The notes: generated by a model not told the origin, from the sequence alone. A stretch of 64,000 nucleotides of DNA from the human T2T-CHM13v2.0 reference genome, Homo sapiens (GCF_009914755.1 NC_060936.1), one strand, 5' to 3'; counted from the first letter of the stretch, positions 16,156-33,636 are shown. Translations and numbers: made by a program.

Positions 16156-16252
16156 CAGGAGTAGAAATTGGTATGCTTAGAAGCAGATTCTAAAAGCAGT
16201 TTCTCTTCAGAACATCTTTTTTCATACCACTTGATAAGCATCTTGAAACACC
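16156..16252 (+). other. MRPL42: MRPL42 exon 2, 5' UTR portion (tandem acceptors; start 16156 or 16159)
   Basis: Polypyrimidine tract followed by ttCAG CAG GAG TAG at 16151-16164. Confidence 0.75.
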
Positions 16253-16322
16253 ATGGCTGTAGCTGCAGTAAAATGGGTGATGTCAAAGAGAACTATCTTG
16301 AAACATTTATTTCCAGTCCAAA
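16253..16322 (+). CDS. MRPL42: MRPL42 coding exon (exon 2): MAVAAVKWVMSKRTILKHLFPVQ+1 nt; basic, acid-free N-terminus consistent with a mitochondrial presequence
   Basis: Strong Kozak context acaccATGG; donor AA|GTAAGT at 16323. Confidence 0.96.
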
Positions 16323-16944
16323 GTAAGTGAAATTTTTTTTAATGTTTAAAAAGTTTTAAACTTTTAAGAATTAAGAAAATTTAAAGCATTTAGTTATTGT
16401 ATATGCCTGTAATTTGCAGGAGTGTTTGCAGCAATGGAAAGTGGGAGAAAACCTAAATGTCAGTCAGAAGGGGAATGGATAGGTCAGATGTGGTGTCTCA
16501 TGCCTGTAATCCCAGCACTTTGGGAGGCTGAGGTGGGAGGATTGCTTGAGGCCAGGGGTTTGAGACCAGCCTGGGCAACATAGCAAGACCCCCACCTCTA
16601 AAAAAAAAATGTGGGTCGGGGAGGGGAATGGATAAATTATGGTACATCTGAACTGTGACTGTCATGTAGCTGTTACTGACATGGAAAGATCTCCAAATAG
16701 AAACAAAAAAAGCATGTCAGAACCACATCTATATATATCTATCATATGATCTTATTTGTATGTTTAAAAGATGATCCATCATATGCATGTGTGCATATGC
16801 ATAAATGCAGAGGTAAAAGGTCTGGACCAAACAGTGGTTATCTGTGTAGCCCACTCTTGGGATTTGGCTGAGGGCAGGAGTAAGGGACTGGTCAAGGGTA
16901 ACTTTCTCTTGTTCGATTACATGTATTACTTTTTTAGTATTTCT

Positions 16945-17004
16945 CTCTTTTTTTTTTTTTAACGGAGTCTGGCTCTGTCGCCCAGGCTGGAGTGCAGTGG
17001 CGTG
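16945..17004 (-). mobile_element. Severely 5'-truncated Alu (~45 bp plus tail) with a perfect 20-bp TSD
   Basis: ATTACTTTTTTAGTATTTCT at 16925-16944 and 17005-17024. Confidence 0.85.
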
Positions 17005-17429
17005 ATTACTTTTTTAGTATTTCTTAAAATGTGCGAATAAAGGGTAAATTCACAGTCCCATCTTCCAAAGATAATCATTGTTAATGTTTTGGTGGATTGT
17101 CATTGTGTTTTTTCTATGTACCTAGCCATTTTTAAAAAAATGAAATGTAATTTCTGCCTTTCTTTTCTAAAGAACTGTATATAGTTAGTATTTTCTCGAA
17201 AGCTTGTTAATACATGTTTGACAGTCAAAGCATGGACCCAAATAAGTAAATAGAGTATTAAAGTCTTTTTTCTCAGCCAACTGTGCTTTCTTTTTCCTTT
17301 TCCTGTCTGTAAACAGAGTTTATAGCTCTTATAAACAGCTCTTATAGGAAGCTTTCCATTTCTAAAGTAGACATGTATAGAAGGCAACAGTAGGTTTGCC
17401 TTTTTATATTAAACTATGTGAGCCAACTT

Positions 17430-17900
17430 TTTATTTTTATTTTTTATTTTAGATTCGGGCGTACATGTGCAGGTTTGTTACGTGGATGTATTACATATAC
17501 TGAGGTTTGGGCTTCAACTGAACCCGTCACCCAAATAGTGAACATAGTACCCAATAGGTAGTTTTTCAACTCTTCCCTCCATCCCTCCATTCTGTTTTGA
17601 GTCCCCAGTGTTTATTGTTCCCATCTTTGTGTCCATATGTACCCAATGTTTACCTCCTACTTGTGAGTTAGAACATGTAGTATTTGGCTGTTTTTGCATT
17701 AATTCACTTAGGATAATGGCCTCCAGCTGCATCTGTGTTGCTGTAAAGGACATGATTTTATTTGTTTTAATGTCTGTGTAATAATCCATGGTATGCATAT
17801 ACACCACATATTCTTCCAGTCCACCATTGATGGGCTTGTTTCCATGTCTTCGCTATTGTGAATAGTGCTCTGATAAACATGCAAGTGCAGCTGACTTTTT
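17430..17900 (-). mobile_element. L1PB-like 3' end fragment
   Basis: L1 ORF2 C-terminus/3' UTR similarity (ORF-track MDYYTDIKTNKIMSFTAT). Confidence 0.8.
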
Positions 17901-18098
17901 AAATACAACTCTGCTTGACCTTGACCTTTGTCTCTTCTTTCTTATTTCCTATTTACCACCATTTGTAATTGAAAGTTTGCTTATTGAATTAGGGAGAAAA
18001 GAGCTATTTGAAGAATGGAGTAAAAGTAAAGTAATAAATAGGCAATTTGTTATGCTTGAGACGAGGAAAATATTTTACTCAGTAAACACCTTTGTTGA

Positions 18099-18494
<396 letters not shown>

Positions 18495-20417
18495 TGACCT
18501 CAAGTGATCTGCCCATCTCAGCCTCCCAGAGTGCTGGGATTATAGGCATGAGCCACCGCACCTGGCCACCAAATCCTGCTCTTATAGGAAGCTTTCCATC
18601 CCTGCTTCCTTGCTTGCCCCACTCTCCCATTTTTTAGGGCCCTAAACATAGAAACATTTATTACATTATATTCAAAGTAAAATCAACTTAGAATTCAGTA
18701 AATAGAACAGGACATTGCTTAAGAGACTTTGGATATAAACCAAAATAAGTCACAACAAAACTACAATCAGCTTTTGATTATCTAGGAGCATTTTTGTTGT
18801 TGAGAATTGGGAGAAAGACCCTTACTCTTACTTCTTAGATTCCTCTTTGCCTTGCAGGAACCCAGCTCCTAGGCTAATGAGAAGTCACATCCAATCAGTT
18901 TTTACATAGACTATGTTTTGAAACAATTAGTCCTCACACAGGCCCATCAGAAAACCAGTTAATGTGTCCCTGAATAATTGAAAATTATTTATATATCTTT
19001 TTCCCCACTGGATTTCCCACTAAGTTTGTACTGGATCTAATTCATTTTGGTGTCCCTGGGGCCTCTCATTCATGATAGGAGATCTATCAGTGTTTGTTCA
19101 AGTAATCTGAATGGTTTAGAGTTAACTCTCAAAATATCTAGTTAACTAAGAATTAGGTTACCCTAGAAAATCATTCCATTATCAGTTATCCTAATACTCA
19201 GTGACCTAACTTCTTATATCCGAAAAGTCCCTTATACTGCAAAGTTCCTGTTGCTACTATTATTGAAAGTAAAGGGCTGGGCAGGGTGGCTCACACGTGT
19301 AATACCAGCACTTTGGCAGGCTGAGGCAGGCTCTGAAGTTTGAGACCAGGCTGGGCAACATAGGAAACCTCATTTCTACAAAAGTTACAAAAATTAGCTG
19401 GGCGAGGTGGTACACGCCTGTGGTCCCAGGAGGGAGCCAGCTTACTCAGGAGGCTGAGGTAGGAAGATTGCTTGAGCCCAGGAGTTCGAGGCTGTGATTG
19501 TGCCATTGTACTCCAGCCTGGGAGACAGAGTGAGACCCTGTCTCAAAAATAAAAAATTAAAATTAAAGAAAGTTTCATTACTGTTATTATTGATGTTTAA
19601 TAAAAAAGGGAAGGACAGTAAGATTGGAGGCAAAGCGAAATCATGATTAAGGAAGAAAGTTCAGTGAGCAAAAATAAAAAGCCTTCCTTATATTCTAGAA
19701 GGAATATTTTAAAATTTCCCAAATGGTCAGTCAGCCCGGGAGTGTAGAACACTTCACAGTTTTCAAAGCATGTTAAGCCATTTGATCCTTATAACAGCTT
19801 TGATTTTGGTAGCCCATGTAGTATTATCCTCTTTATGAAGGTAAAGAAACTTGAGTTCTGTGGCCCTCATAAGTTCACCCAGGGTCACATATTTGGTAAA
19901 CAAAAACTGTGACCAAAATCTGGATCTCCCACCTTACTTTGTCCTGTATACTTTCTACTGTACTTCCTTTTCTGTAGCAAGGTAAAATACTGAGCATTTG
20001 AAGATGGGACAACTTTTAGCTTTCATAGCTCTTTCAAAATGCAATTAAATATATATATGTAACAAGAATAACTCATAAATTACAGAAATTATTGTTAATT
20101 GAAATTCTTTTGGCACATTGAGCTTAATTGCTGTTAACTTTGGCATTGGTCCTAATTATATATTTAGAGCTTCTGCTACTTCTATATCCAGAATTACTTC
20201 CATTGGTAAAATATCAGGTAATGAATGTTTCCTTATTTTTTTTTCAAGGTGAAGTCTCACTCTGTTGCCCAGGCTGGAGTGCAGTGGTGCAGTCTTGGCC
20301 CACTGCAGCTTCGACCTCCCTGGGCTCAGGTGATCCTGCTATCTCAGTCTCCCAAGTAAGCAAGACTACAGATGTGTACTACCATGTCTGGTTATTTATT
20401 TATTTATTTATTTTTGA

Positions 20418-20576
<159 letters not shown>

Positions 20577-20637
20577 TAGTAGAGATGGGGTTCCACCATG
20601 TTGATCAGGCTGGTCTCGATCTCCTGACCTCAGGTGA

Positions 20638-20838
<201 letters not shown>

Positions 20839-22092
20839 TGAATTTTTCAAACATCAGTTATGCAGAAACATTTGAGAGGCAGTTCGGCAATCACTTTTTA
20901 ATGTGTAGGCACTATAGGGGACACAGTAATGAACAAGGTACAGTTCCTGGCCTTAAGGAACTTAGACTTGTAGGTGAAACAGACATCTAGCAACACTAAG
21001 AATGCCCAGAATATGAGGCAGAATGTGATAAGTGTGTCATGAGGGCACAAACAAATGTCTGTGTAAACACAGAGTAGAAATTTTACTGAGTTTCTTGTTA
21101 ACTAAAATACTGTTGTCGAGTTTTCTTGTCTGCATATTTCAGAACACTTAATTCTGTCACCCAGTCATGTTTCTTTCAGTGAAAATGTATATCATCTAGT
21201 TGGTTTATATTCAGAGATACAAAATTGTATTTTTTTAATTTATATTTTTTATTATTAATTTTTTTTTAATAGAGATGGGGTCTCACTATATGACCCAACT
21301 ATGTTGCCCAGGCTGGTCTTGAACTGCTGGATCAAGCGATCCTGCTGCCTTGGCCTCGCAAAGCGCTGAGATTACAGGAGTGAGCCACCACACCCCACCA
21401 GTTTTAATTTTTTTAGAAACGATTTTGCTCTGTTGCCCAGGCTAGAATTCAGTGGCACAATCATAGTTCATTGCAGCCTCACCCTCCTAGGTTCAAGTGA
21501 TCCTTCAGCTTCAGCCACCTGAGTAGCTGGGATTATAGGTGCATGCCACCATGCCCAGTTAATTTTTAAAAATAGTTTTTAAAGATAATATCTCACTGTG
21601 TTGCCCAGGCTGGTCTCAAACTCCTGGCCTTGAGCAGTGTTGGCCTCCCAAAGTGTTGAGATTACAGGCGTGAGCTACCATGCCTAGCTTTATAAACTTC
21701 TTTTAATATTAACCCAATCCATGCATAATTAGGAAGGTCCCAGTGATGTCAAACAAGAAAATAAAATATGGCCAGGTGCAGTGGCTCACACTGGTAATCC
21801 CAGCACTTTGGGAGGCCAAGGCGGGCTGATCACCCAAGGTCAGGAGTTCAGGACCAGCCTGGCCAATATAGTGAAACCCTGTCTCTACCAAAAATACAAA
21901 AATTAGCCGGACATGGTGGGCGCCTGTAATCTCAGCTACTCGAGGGGCTGAGGTAGGAGAATTGCTTGAACGTGGGAGGCGGAGGTTGCAATGAGCTGAG
22001 ATAGACAACTCTTTCTTCTGTGAAGAACCTTGGGGGCAGGGAGAGTAAAAAGGATTTCATGGAAGAAGAGTGTTTGACCTTTTTTTTTTTGA

Positions 22093-22384
<292 letters not shown>

Positions 22385-22776
22385 TAAGGATGAGGGGTAT
22401 TTGAACAAAATGGGGCTGGAATTCCATACTGAGGACATGGTAAAGGCATGGAGATAGGGAAGGCAGGATAGGTTACAGTTCTATATCACAGGAACAAGAG
22501 GCTCTGTTGAGACTTTGATTCTTGGCATTGACCAAGGTGCATTCAAAACTTGCTTTTAACTATATTGAGCTACTTTTAAATTTTTTTCTTTATATTAAAA
22601 GAATACCCTTTTTTGAACTTAGGAGAATCTTTCACAAGCTTTTAAAAAAGCAGTTTATAGCTGAGCACGGTGGCTCACACCTGTAATCCCAGCACTTTGG
22701 GAGGCCGAGGCAGGTGGATCACAAGGTCAGGAGATCGAGACCATCCTGGCTAACACGGCGAACCCCGTCTCTACTA

Positions 22777-23043
<267 letters not shown>

Positions 23044-23164
23044 TTAAGAAAAGTTAATTTTAAACAAATCATTTCATATTTCATCACTTCACCACCACCA
23101 CCCCCCCTTTATAAACTATGCACCTTGGAAAACCCAAATACTTTATTTTTATTTATTTTTTTGA

Positions 23165-23302
<138 letters not shown>

Positions 23303-23909
23303 TAGTAGAGACAAAGTTTCACCATGTTAGTCAGGCTGGTCTCGAACTCCTTGACCTCAGGTGATCTGCCCACCTTGGCCTCCCAAAGTGTTGGGATTAC
23401 AGGCGTGAGCCACTGTGCCTGGCCCCAGATACTTCAAGTTCTTTCTTGGAAAGGCTGGAGTACCCAAACACTTTTATTTTTTTTCTTACCTGGAGTCCTT
23501 GCGCCTTTTACTCACTCTGCTAGAAACATTGTTTTCATCTCTTATCAATCCTTACTTATTTTCTCATTCTTCAGAGCACCTTGGACATCATCTCCACTGA
23601 AAAGGCTTTCTTGAACCTGCACAATTTGTTTGGTAGCCTTTCTGTGTGGCCCATCTTTGCCAATGTTTACCATTCCTAACAGTGCTTATCCTCTATGTTG
23701 TAATTGTTTGTCTGTCTCTCTCACAAGCAGACTATACCCTTTTGAGGGTAGGGACTGAGTCTTGTTTGTTGTTGAATCCCTAGCCCCTAGCACAGGCCTG
23801 TTTCATACTAAACAGTAATGTTGGTTGAATGAGTAAAACTAGCTTTAAATTTATGGAGAAAATATGCTCAAATTAACCAAATCTGTTTTACTGTTTGGGG
23901 TTTTTGCAG

Positions 23910-23973
23910 ATGGAGCTTTATATTGTGTTTGTCATAAATCTACGTATTCTCCTCTACCAGATGACTATAATTG
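23910..23973 (+). CDS. MRPL42: MRPL42 exon 3: (N)[20 protein letters not shown](C)
   Basis: Acceptor tttttgcag|A and donor TG|GTATGT; 64 nt, phase matches neighbours. Confidence 0.96.
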
Positions 23974-24554
23974 GTATGTATTAAAATTCAATTGAAGAAA
24001 TAATAGTCTTAGCTATAGCTGAAATGATTTAATTTTATTTCTTGTTTTGATGTCTGATGCTTTCTTTTCTCATTATTCTTTCCTTAATTTTGTTTTTAAA
24101 AATTATTTTAATGATTTTATTTACCCAGTATCTGGGCTTATAAACATTTTAAATAAAAATCATTGTCATTGTGTTTCATTGAATATTTAATTTGTTATAA
24201 GACAGACATGCTGTTTAGAACTGCTATCTTTTCTTCCTGAAGCATGCTTTAGCTTTTTGGAAAAGTTAATTAGTTTTTATAGGGTTCATATCTATTAGCT
24301 TAAGCCATTATTATCTTTTCTTTTGTTTGATATTGAATAATCCTAAATTATACATACTTAATTTAGCCACCATTTATTTGGTACTTATTCAATTTAGTCA
24401 CTATGATAAGAACTAGGAATAACATATGACATTGTCTTTTTTCTCTGCAGCAGAGTCTGATATGCAGAAACTGCAACCTATTTTCTTAATCTATGTTGTT
24501 TTTATTACAAATTATAATAAAAATATTTTTTCTTCTCTCTTGACACTAGTTTTA

Positions 24555-25501
24555 TTTTTATTTTGTTTTCGAGATGGGGTCTTGTTCTCTCGCTCAGGCT
24601 GGAGAGCAGTGGTGTGATCTTGGCTCACTGCAACCTGAGATGGGGTCTTGTTCTGTCACCCAGGCTGGAGAGCAGTGGTGTGATCTTGGCTCACTGCAAC
24701 CTCCACCTCCTGTGTTCAGGAGATTCTCCAGCCTCAGCCTCCTGAGTAGCTGAGACTACAGGCGCATGCCACCATGCCTGGCTAATTTTTGTATTTTTAG
24801 TAGAGATGGGGTTTCACCATGTTAGCCAGGCTGGTCTCAAACTCCTGACCTCAGGTAATCTGCCCACCTGGGCCTCCCAAAATGCTGGAATTACAGGCAT
24901 GAGGCACTGCACCTGACCTTTTATTTTTGTGAGACAGAGACTCACTTTGTCACCCAGGCTGGAATGCAGTGGCACAATCTCAGCTCACTGCAGCCTCAAC
25001 TTCTGAGGTTCAAGTAATCCTCTTGCCTCAGCCCCCCAAGTAGCTGGGACTATAGGTGTGTGCCACCACACCCAGCTAATTGTGTATTTTTTGTAGAAAC
25101 GGGGTTTCACCATGTTGCCCAGGCTGGTCTTAAACTCCTGAGCTCAAGCAATCTGCCTCCCTCGGCCTCCCAGCGTACAAGGATTACAGGTGTGAGCCAT
25201 CATGGTTGGCCTTTTATTTTTGAGACAGGGTCTCGCTTTGTCACCCAGACTGGAGTGCAGTGGCGCTATGTCAGCTCATTGCAGCCTCAACCTCCCAGGT
25301 TCAAGCTGTCCTCCTGCCTCAGTCTGCCCAAGTAACTGGAACTACAGGTGTGTGCCACCACACCTGGCTAATTTTTTTTTATTTTTTGTAGAGACAGGAT
25401 TTTTCCATGTTACCCAGGCTGGTCTCAAACTCCTGAGCTCAAGTGATCCGCCTTGGCCTCCCAAAGTATAAGGATTACAGATGTGAGCTACCACGCCTGG
25501 C
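24555..25501 (-). mobile_element. Three head-to-tail antisense Alus within one outer TSD
   Basis: CTTGA(C/T)ACTAGTTTTA at 24539-24554 and 25502-25517. Confidence 0.8.
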
Positions 25502-26323
25502 CTTGATACTAGTTTTAATTGTACATCTAATGAGTACTATAATAGCGATGAAATTGGAATAGGTAACAGTTTTTGAACGTGGAAAGACTGAGTCATATAA
25601 GTGTTTTGCATTATATAAAACTATCTTCTCGTGAAGAAATCGTTTGACAGATTAAATGTTCATTGTAGCCATGTTATGGTATTCAATCTTGAAACCACGG
25701 TGAAACAATCTAATGCCTATTCTTTGTTAGCTACAAATGTATTTTGTTGTGGTATTTAAGCTGACATATTCTGTGGGATGGTCTTCATTTGTGTCCTGTG
25801 TTATGGGTACCAGGTTTGCCAATCCAGTGATGTAGTATCTTCAGCAATTTGTGATTAATTTTAGCTTTTATTTATTTATTTATTTATTTATTTATTTTTT
25901 TGAGATGGAGTCTCATTCTTTTGCCCAGGCTGGAGTGCAGTGGCGTGATCTTGACTTCCTTCAGCCTCTGCCTCCTGGGTTCAAGTGATTCTCCTGCCTC
26001 AGCCTCCTGAGTAGCTGGGACTACAGGTGTGTGCCACCACACCTGGCTAATATTTGTATTTTTAGTAGAGACGGGGTTTTGCCAGGCTGGTCTTGAACTC
26101 CTGACCTCAAGCAATCTGCCCACCTCGGCCTTACAAAGTGCTGGGATTACAGGCATGAGCCACCACGCTGGGCCCAGAATGATTATTAGGCCGGGCACTA
26201 ATTTTAGCTTTAGGCTGGAGTGCCCACTGCACTCCAGCCTGGGTGACATAGTGAGAGTCCATCTCAAAAAAAAAAAAAAAAGGTAATCATTTTGCCTTGA
26301 ATACAGTATAACTTTATTTCTAA

Positions 26324-26548
<225 letters not shown>

Positions 26549-27445
26549 TAATTTTACTATTTTGATTTTTCTCTTATTTATTTTTCATCTGCTTTCTTTA
26601 CAGTCTTTTTTCAGAATACAAAATGAACCATTTAAACACAATTATGGCATCAGTTTTCTGGTCTAAAAAATTTGGTAGATTTCTGGTTAAGGATCAAATA
26701 CATCTAGTATAAAATTATAAAATGCATTATCCCATGCTACCCCATATTATAATCTAGACAATTATGAAAAAGTTGTATTTTAGAGTGCTGGGATTACAGC
26801 TACTTTTTTACTATTGGTTCTGACAGTTTTTTTTTTTTTTAACATTTGGTGAATTTCTTTATTTTTATGTTTTAATGGGCCAACATAGGTATATATTTTG
26901 AATGGCCCAGTTAGATTTTTTTCCCTATTTTTTAAAAAGCCAAGTACTAGATAGAAGAGGATTTTGTATTGTTTTTAATATAATTTATTTTTAGTTTGAC
27001 CCAAGTCTTTTTATTGTTTTGTATTTGAAATGCTTTTTCCTATTTCTTTAAGCCTCCTTCTACTAGGTAATGTTTGATTTGCTTTTTTTTTGAGACAGGG
27101 TCTCACTCTGTCACCCAGGCAGGAGTGCAGTGGCGTGATCCGGCTCACTGCAGCCTCCACCTCCTGGGTTCAAGCTATTCTCCTGTCTCAGCCTCCCGAG
27201 TACCTGGGACTACAGGCACCTGCCACCACGCCCGGCTAATTTTTGTATTTTTAGTAGAGACGGCGTTTCACCATGTTGCCCAGGCTGATCTCGAACTCCT
27301 AAGCTTAGGTGATCCGCCTGCCTCGGCCTCCCAAAGCGCTGGGATTACAGGCATGAGCCACCGTGCCCGGCCTTGATTTGCTTTTTGAGGAGAAAATTAG
27401 ATGGTTTAAGTCATCACATGATGTATTTAGTGGTACTTATTTTGA

Positions 27446-27772
<327 letters not shown>

Positions 27773-29759
27773 TGAGCCACCGCGCCCGACAAATAATTTC
27801 TGTATTCCTTTTTAAACTCACCATTTTGTCTCCCTGCTTTGTTAGGAAACAAAAGCCAGGTATCATAGGTACTAATTCAATGCCTCTTTTTTATCACTTA
27901 TTTGGGCAACGTTTAGAAAAATAGGCCTACATCACTGAGTTTTGGCCTATAAACCCTCCAGGTCACACTATGTTGTGCCTTTGTCCATTGTTATTTTGTT
28001 AAATATCTTCGGTTTATTTGCCGTGTTTTAGCAATTATACTAAGAATGCCAGGTCATTTCATAGCATCCAGACTCTTATCCCCAAATGGCTCTTTATATC
28101 TCTGAATCTGACCCTCCTCAACTGTCAAAACTTTCCCACTGTACTTGTAGAACTTACTACCCTTGGCAAAATCTCTTACAATCTTAGCCTATTCCAGAAT
28201 GTTGCCTTCACCTTCTGACTCTAATAGAAACCTGCCTGTACCCTGGAGACGTTACTTCCCCAGCAGTTCTTTTAAGTAGTTGCTGTTTTCTCTCCCATAC
28301 TCTTTTACCACTGGGTCTAAAGATGGGGAAGGTATCTCTGTAGCTCTTCACTGTCAAATCTAGATCATTTCTCTTCCTTCCTAACAATTTCTAGCTTTGT
28401 AGCTTGTATCATTAAACTGCATCATTTACTATCTTTTTTTGTTGCTGTTATCTACCAACTGCCAGGTTATTTCTCCTCCTCCACCACTCTGCACTTCCTT
28501 GAATATTCTAAGCTTGCTGTCACACTTTCTCCAATACTGTTTTACCCTCATTCTTTTACTTCAATATCCATGTAGGTGATTTAATACCATGGTGTCTCAC
28601 TTCTTGATCTCTCTCTACATCAGCTACCCACTTCCATGGGAGGATTCCCTATGATTCCCTAGAGATATTCTAATTACCAGTAATTGCTACTCCTCCTTCC
28701 CAGTCTAAATTTTAAGAAATCCAATAGTTAACTACCAGTCCCTCTTGGTCTCCCAGCTCCAAGAATTATTCATTCCCTCTTTGTAACCTACATCGATTGA
28801 TCCAACCACTTTTTCACAGTCCCTCATGTATCTCACACATTCTCACTCCCTACTTAACCCAGCACAGACTGATATCATGGTTTATCATTATCATCATTCC
28901 TCTGTACACATGACCACCTCCCCTGCATCCTCTTTCTTTGTTGTGTTTCCTTTGTTTTGACAATTATCTTCTCTGCCACATCATCAATATTCATCTCTCT
29001 AGTTTAGGTAAGTAATCACTCCTACAAGTTTTCAAGTAATCACCCCACTGCCACCATACTGACCACAACCCCAGCTGTTCTTCAGCTGTATTAGGTGAGC
29101 TCTCCACTCAGAGCTTTTGTATTTCCTGCTTCCGTTGCCTGGAATGCTTTTACTTCATAGTTTACTCTCTTTCCTTAAGGTCTTTTTCCTTATTTGTTAT
29201 CTTGTGTGGCCTTCCTTGGCTACTGCATTTAAAGTTGTACCTCTGCTCCTGCACTCCTTGTTGTCCTTTGATTTACTTTTCTCAATAGCATTTATCATTT
29301 CTAGCATACTGGATGTTTTCTGGCTATCTCCCATCACTAAAATGTAAGCTTGATGAGGACAGGGCCTTGTGTGTTTTTTTCCCCTGCTTGGTCTTCAGCA
29401 CCTGGAATAACGCTTTGAACTTGGTAGGTGCACAATAAATATTTTTCTATTAAGTGAATGAAGTTGTTCCTTCCTCTTCATGCTTAAGGGTTTTTTGTTT
29501 TAGGGCTAAGAGACATTCACATCAGAAAGCATGGAAAGTTTTTGTTTGTCAAGCAATAAATTGTAGATTGGGCTGCAAAATAAGAAACACTCTTGAGAAC
29601 ATGTTACTATTAGTAGAATAATAGTAACATGGGCTCAAGCAATCCTCCCACTTTAGCCTCATGAGTAGCTTGGACTATAGGCACACACCACCATGCCCAG
29701 CTAATTTTTTAAATTTTTGTAGAGACAGGGTCTCACTATGTTGTCCAAACTGATCTTGA

Positions 29760-30065
<306 letters not shown>

Positions 30066-30231
30066 TAACTCCTGGCCTCAAGTGATCTGCCTGCCTTGGC
30101 CTCCCAAAGTGCTGGGATTACCAGGCATGAGCCACCACACCTGGCCCCATTCTGGTTTTTGTGACAAGGATCTGGCTTGTCTCCCTTTCTACTTTTCACT
30201 GATATCTTTGTTACTTTTCATTTCTGTAGTA

Positions 30232-31906
<1,675 letters not shown>

Positions 31907-31912
31907 TAAAAA

Positions 31913-32091
31913 ACACACACACATATATATATACATATATATACATATATATATATATACACATATATATACATATATATATATACACATATATATACAT
32001 ATATATATACACATATATATATACATATATATATACACATATATATATACATATATATATATATACACACACATATATATATATATATATA
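31913..32091. repeat. Long (TA)n/(CA) compound microsatellite at an Alu tail
   Basis: ~180 bp of TATATACACA-type repeat. Confidence 0.95.
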
Positions 32092-32240
32092 AACAGAGAT
32101 GGGGGGTCTTACCATGGTGCCTAGGCTGGTCTCAACCTCCTAGGCTCAAGCATTCCTTTGCCACTTTGACCTTCCTAAGTGCTGGGATTACAGGTGTGAG
32201 CCACTGCACGTGGCCCACATTGCCTTTTTTTTTTTTTTAA

Positions 32241-32348
<108 letters not shown>

Positions 32349-33430
32349 TGAGTAGCCGGGACTGCAGGTGTGAGCTACCATGCCTGGCTAATTTTTTGTA
32401 TTTTTTGTAGAGACAGCGTCTCCAACTCCTGAGCTCAAAGTGATCTGCCTGTCTCAGTCTCCCAAAGTGCTAGGATTAACACATGTGAGCCACCGCACCT
32501 GGCCACATTGCCTTTTAAAGAGGTCTTGTTTCATGTGCATAAACTAGATATAAATATATGCTATAATATTTAATACAGTGGTAGAATGTAGTTGTCACTA
32601 ATAGCGTATGAATGTAAAGAAAATATCTGTTTGAATTGTTTCTTACTGGTTGTAAATTCAGATTTTCATTGTATTATAATACATACATATTGTTATTTTA
32701 AAGCAAGGCAGTGTTACAATCTTGTTACATATATATTATTATTGAATATGTTACTTTCATTATGATAGCGTTATATAGTATTGAATGTTACAATCTTTGT
32801 TACATACCTTGATATCACTTAATATTTAAAATATAGGTAACTTGACCCTCCAAGATAGTGATTCCTTTTGTTTTCCGTTTTGTTTTGTTTTGAGACAGGG
32901 TCTCACTCTTGCTCAGGCAGGAGGGTACTGTGCAGTCATGGCTCACTGCAGCCTTGAACTCCTGGGCTCAAAAGATCATCCTGCCTCAGACCCCAAGTAG
33001 CTGGGACTGCAGCCATGCACCACCACACCTGGCTAATTTATTTTTTGTTTTTAAATTTTTTGTAGAGATGAGGTTTTTAAATTTTTTGTAGAGATGTTGC
33101 CCAGGCTGGTCTCAAACTCCTGGGCTCAAGTGGTTCTGCCACCTTGACCTCTGAAAGTGCTGGGATTACAGATGTGAGCCACATAGCTGGCCAAGACACT
33201 GATTCTTAAAGTCTTTAGTGAGTCACTATTACTGGTGGAATATGTTGTATATCATTCATGTGTGTTGAGGAGATAAGATTTTTAGTAATCATTAACTTTG
33301 GGGGAAAGCTATTTAAATTACAATAAAGCACTGTTTGGTGGCATTTTAGTCACCTGAAATGAAAATGTTGAAAATTTTTCTGCTTCCATTGGATGTAAGA
33401 AATGTCATTTTCTTTCTTTTTTCTTTTTGA

Positions 33431-33532
<102 letters not shown>

Positions 33533-33636
33533 TGAGTAGCTGGGATTACAGGTGTGCGCTACCGCACCAAGCTAATTTTTAAGTAGAGATGGGGTTTCAC
33601 CATGTTGGCCAGGCTAGTCTTGAACTCCTGACCTCA

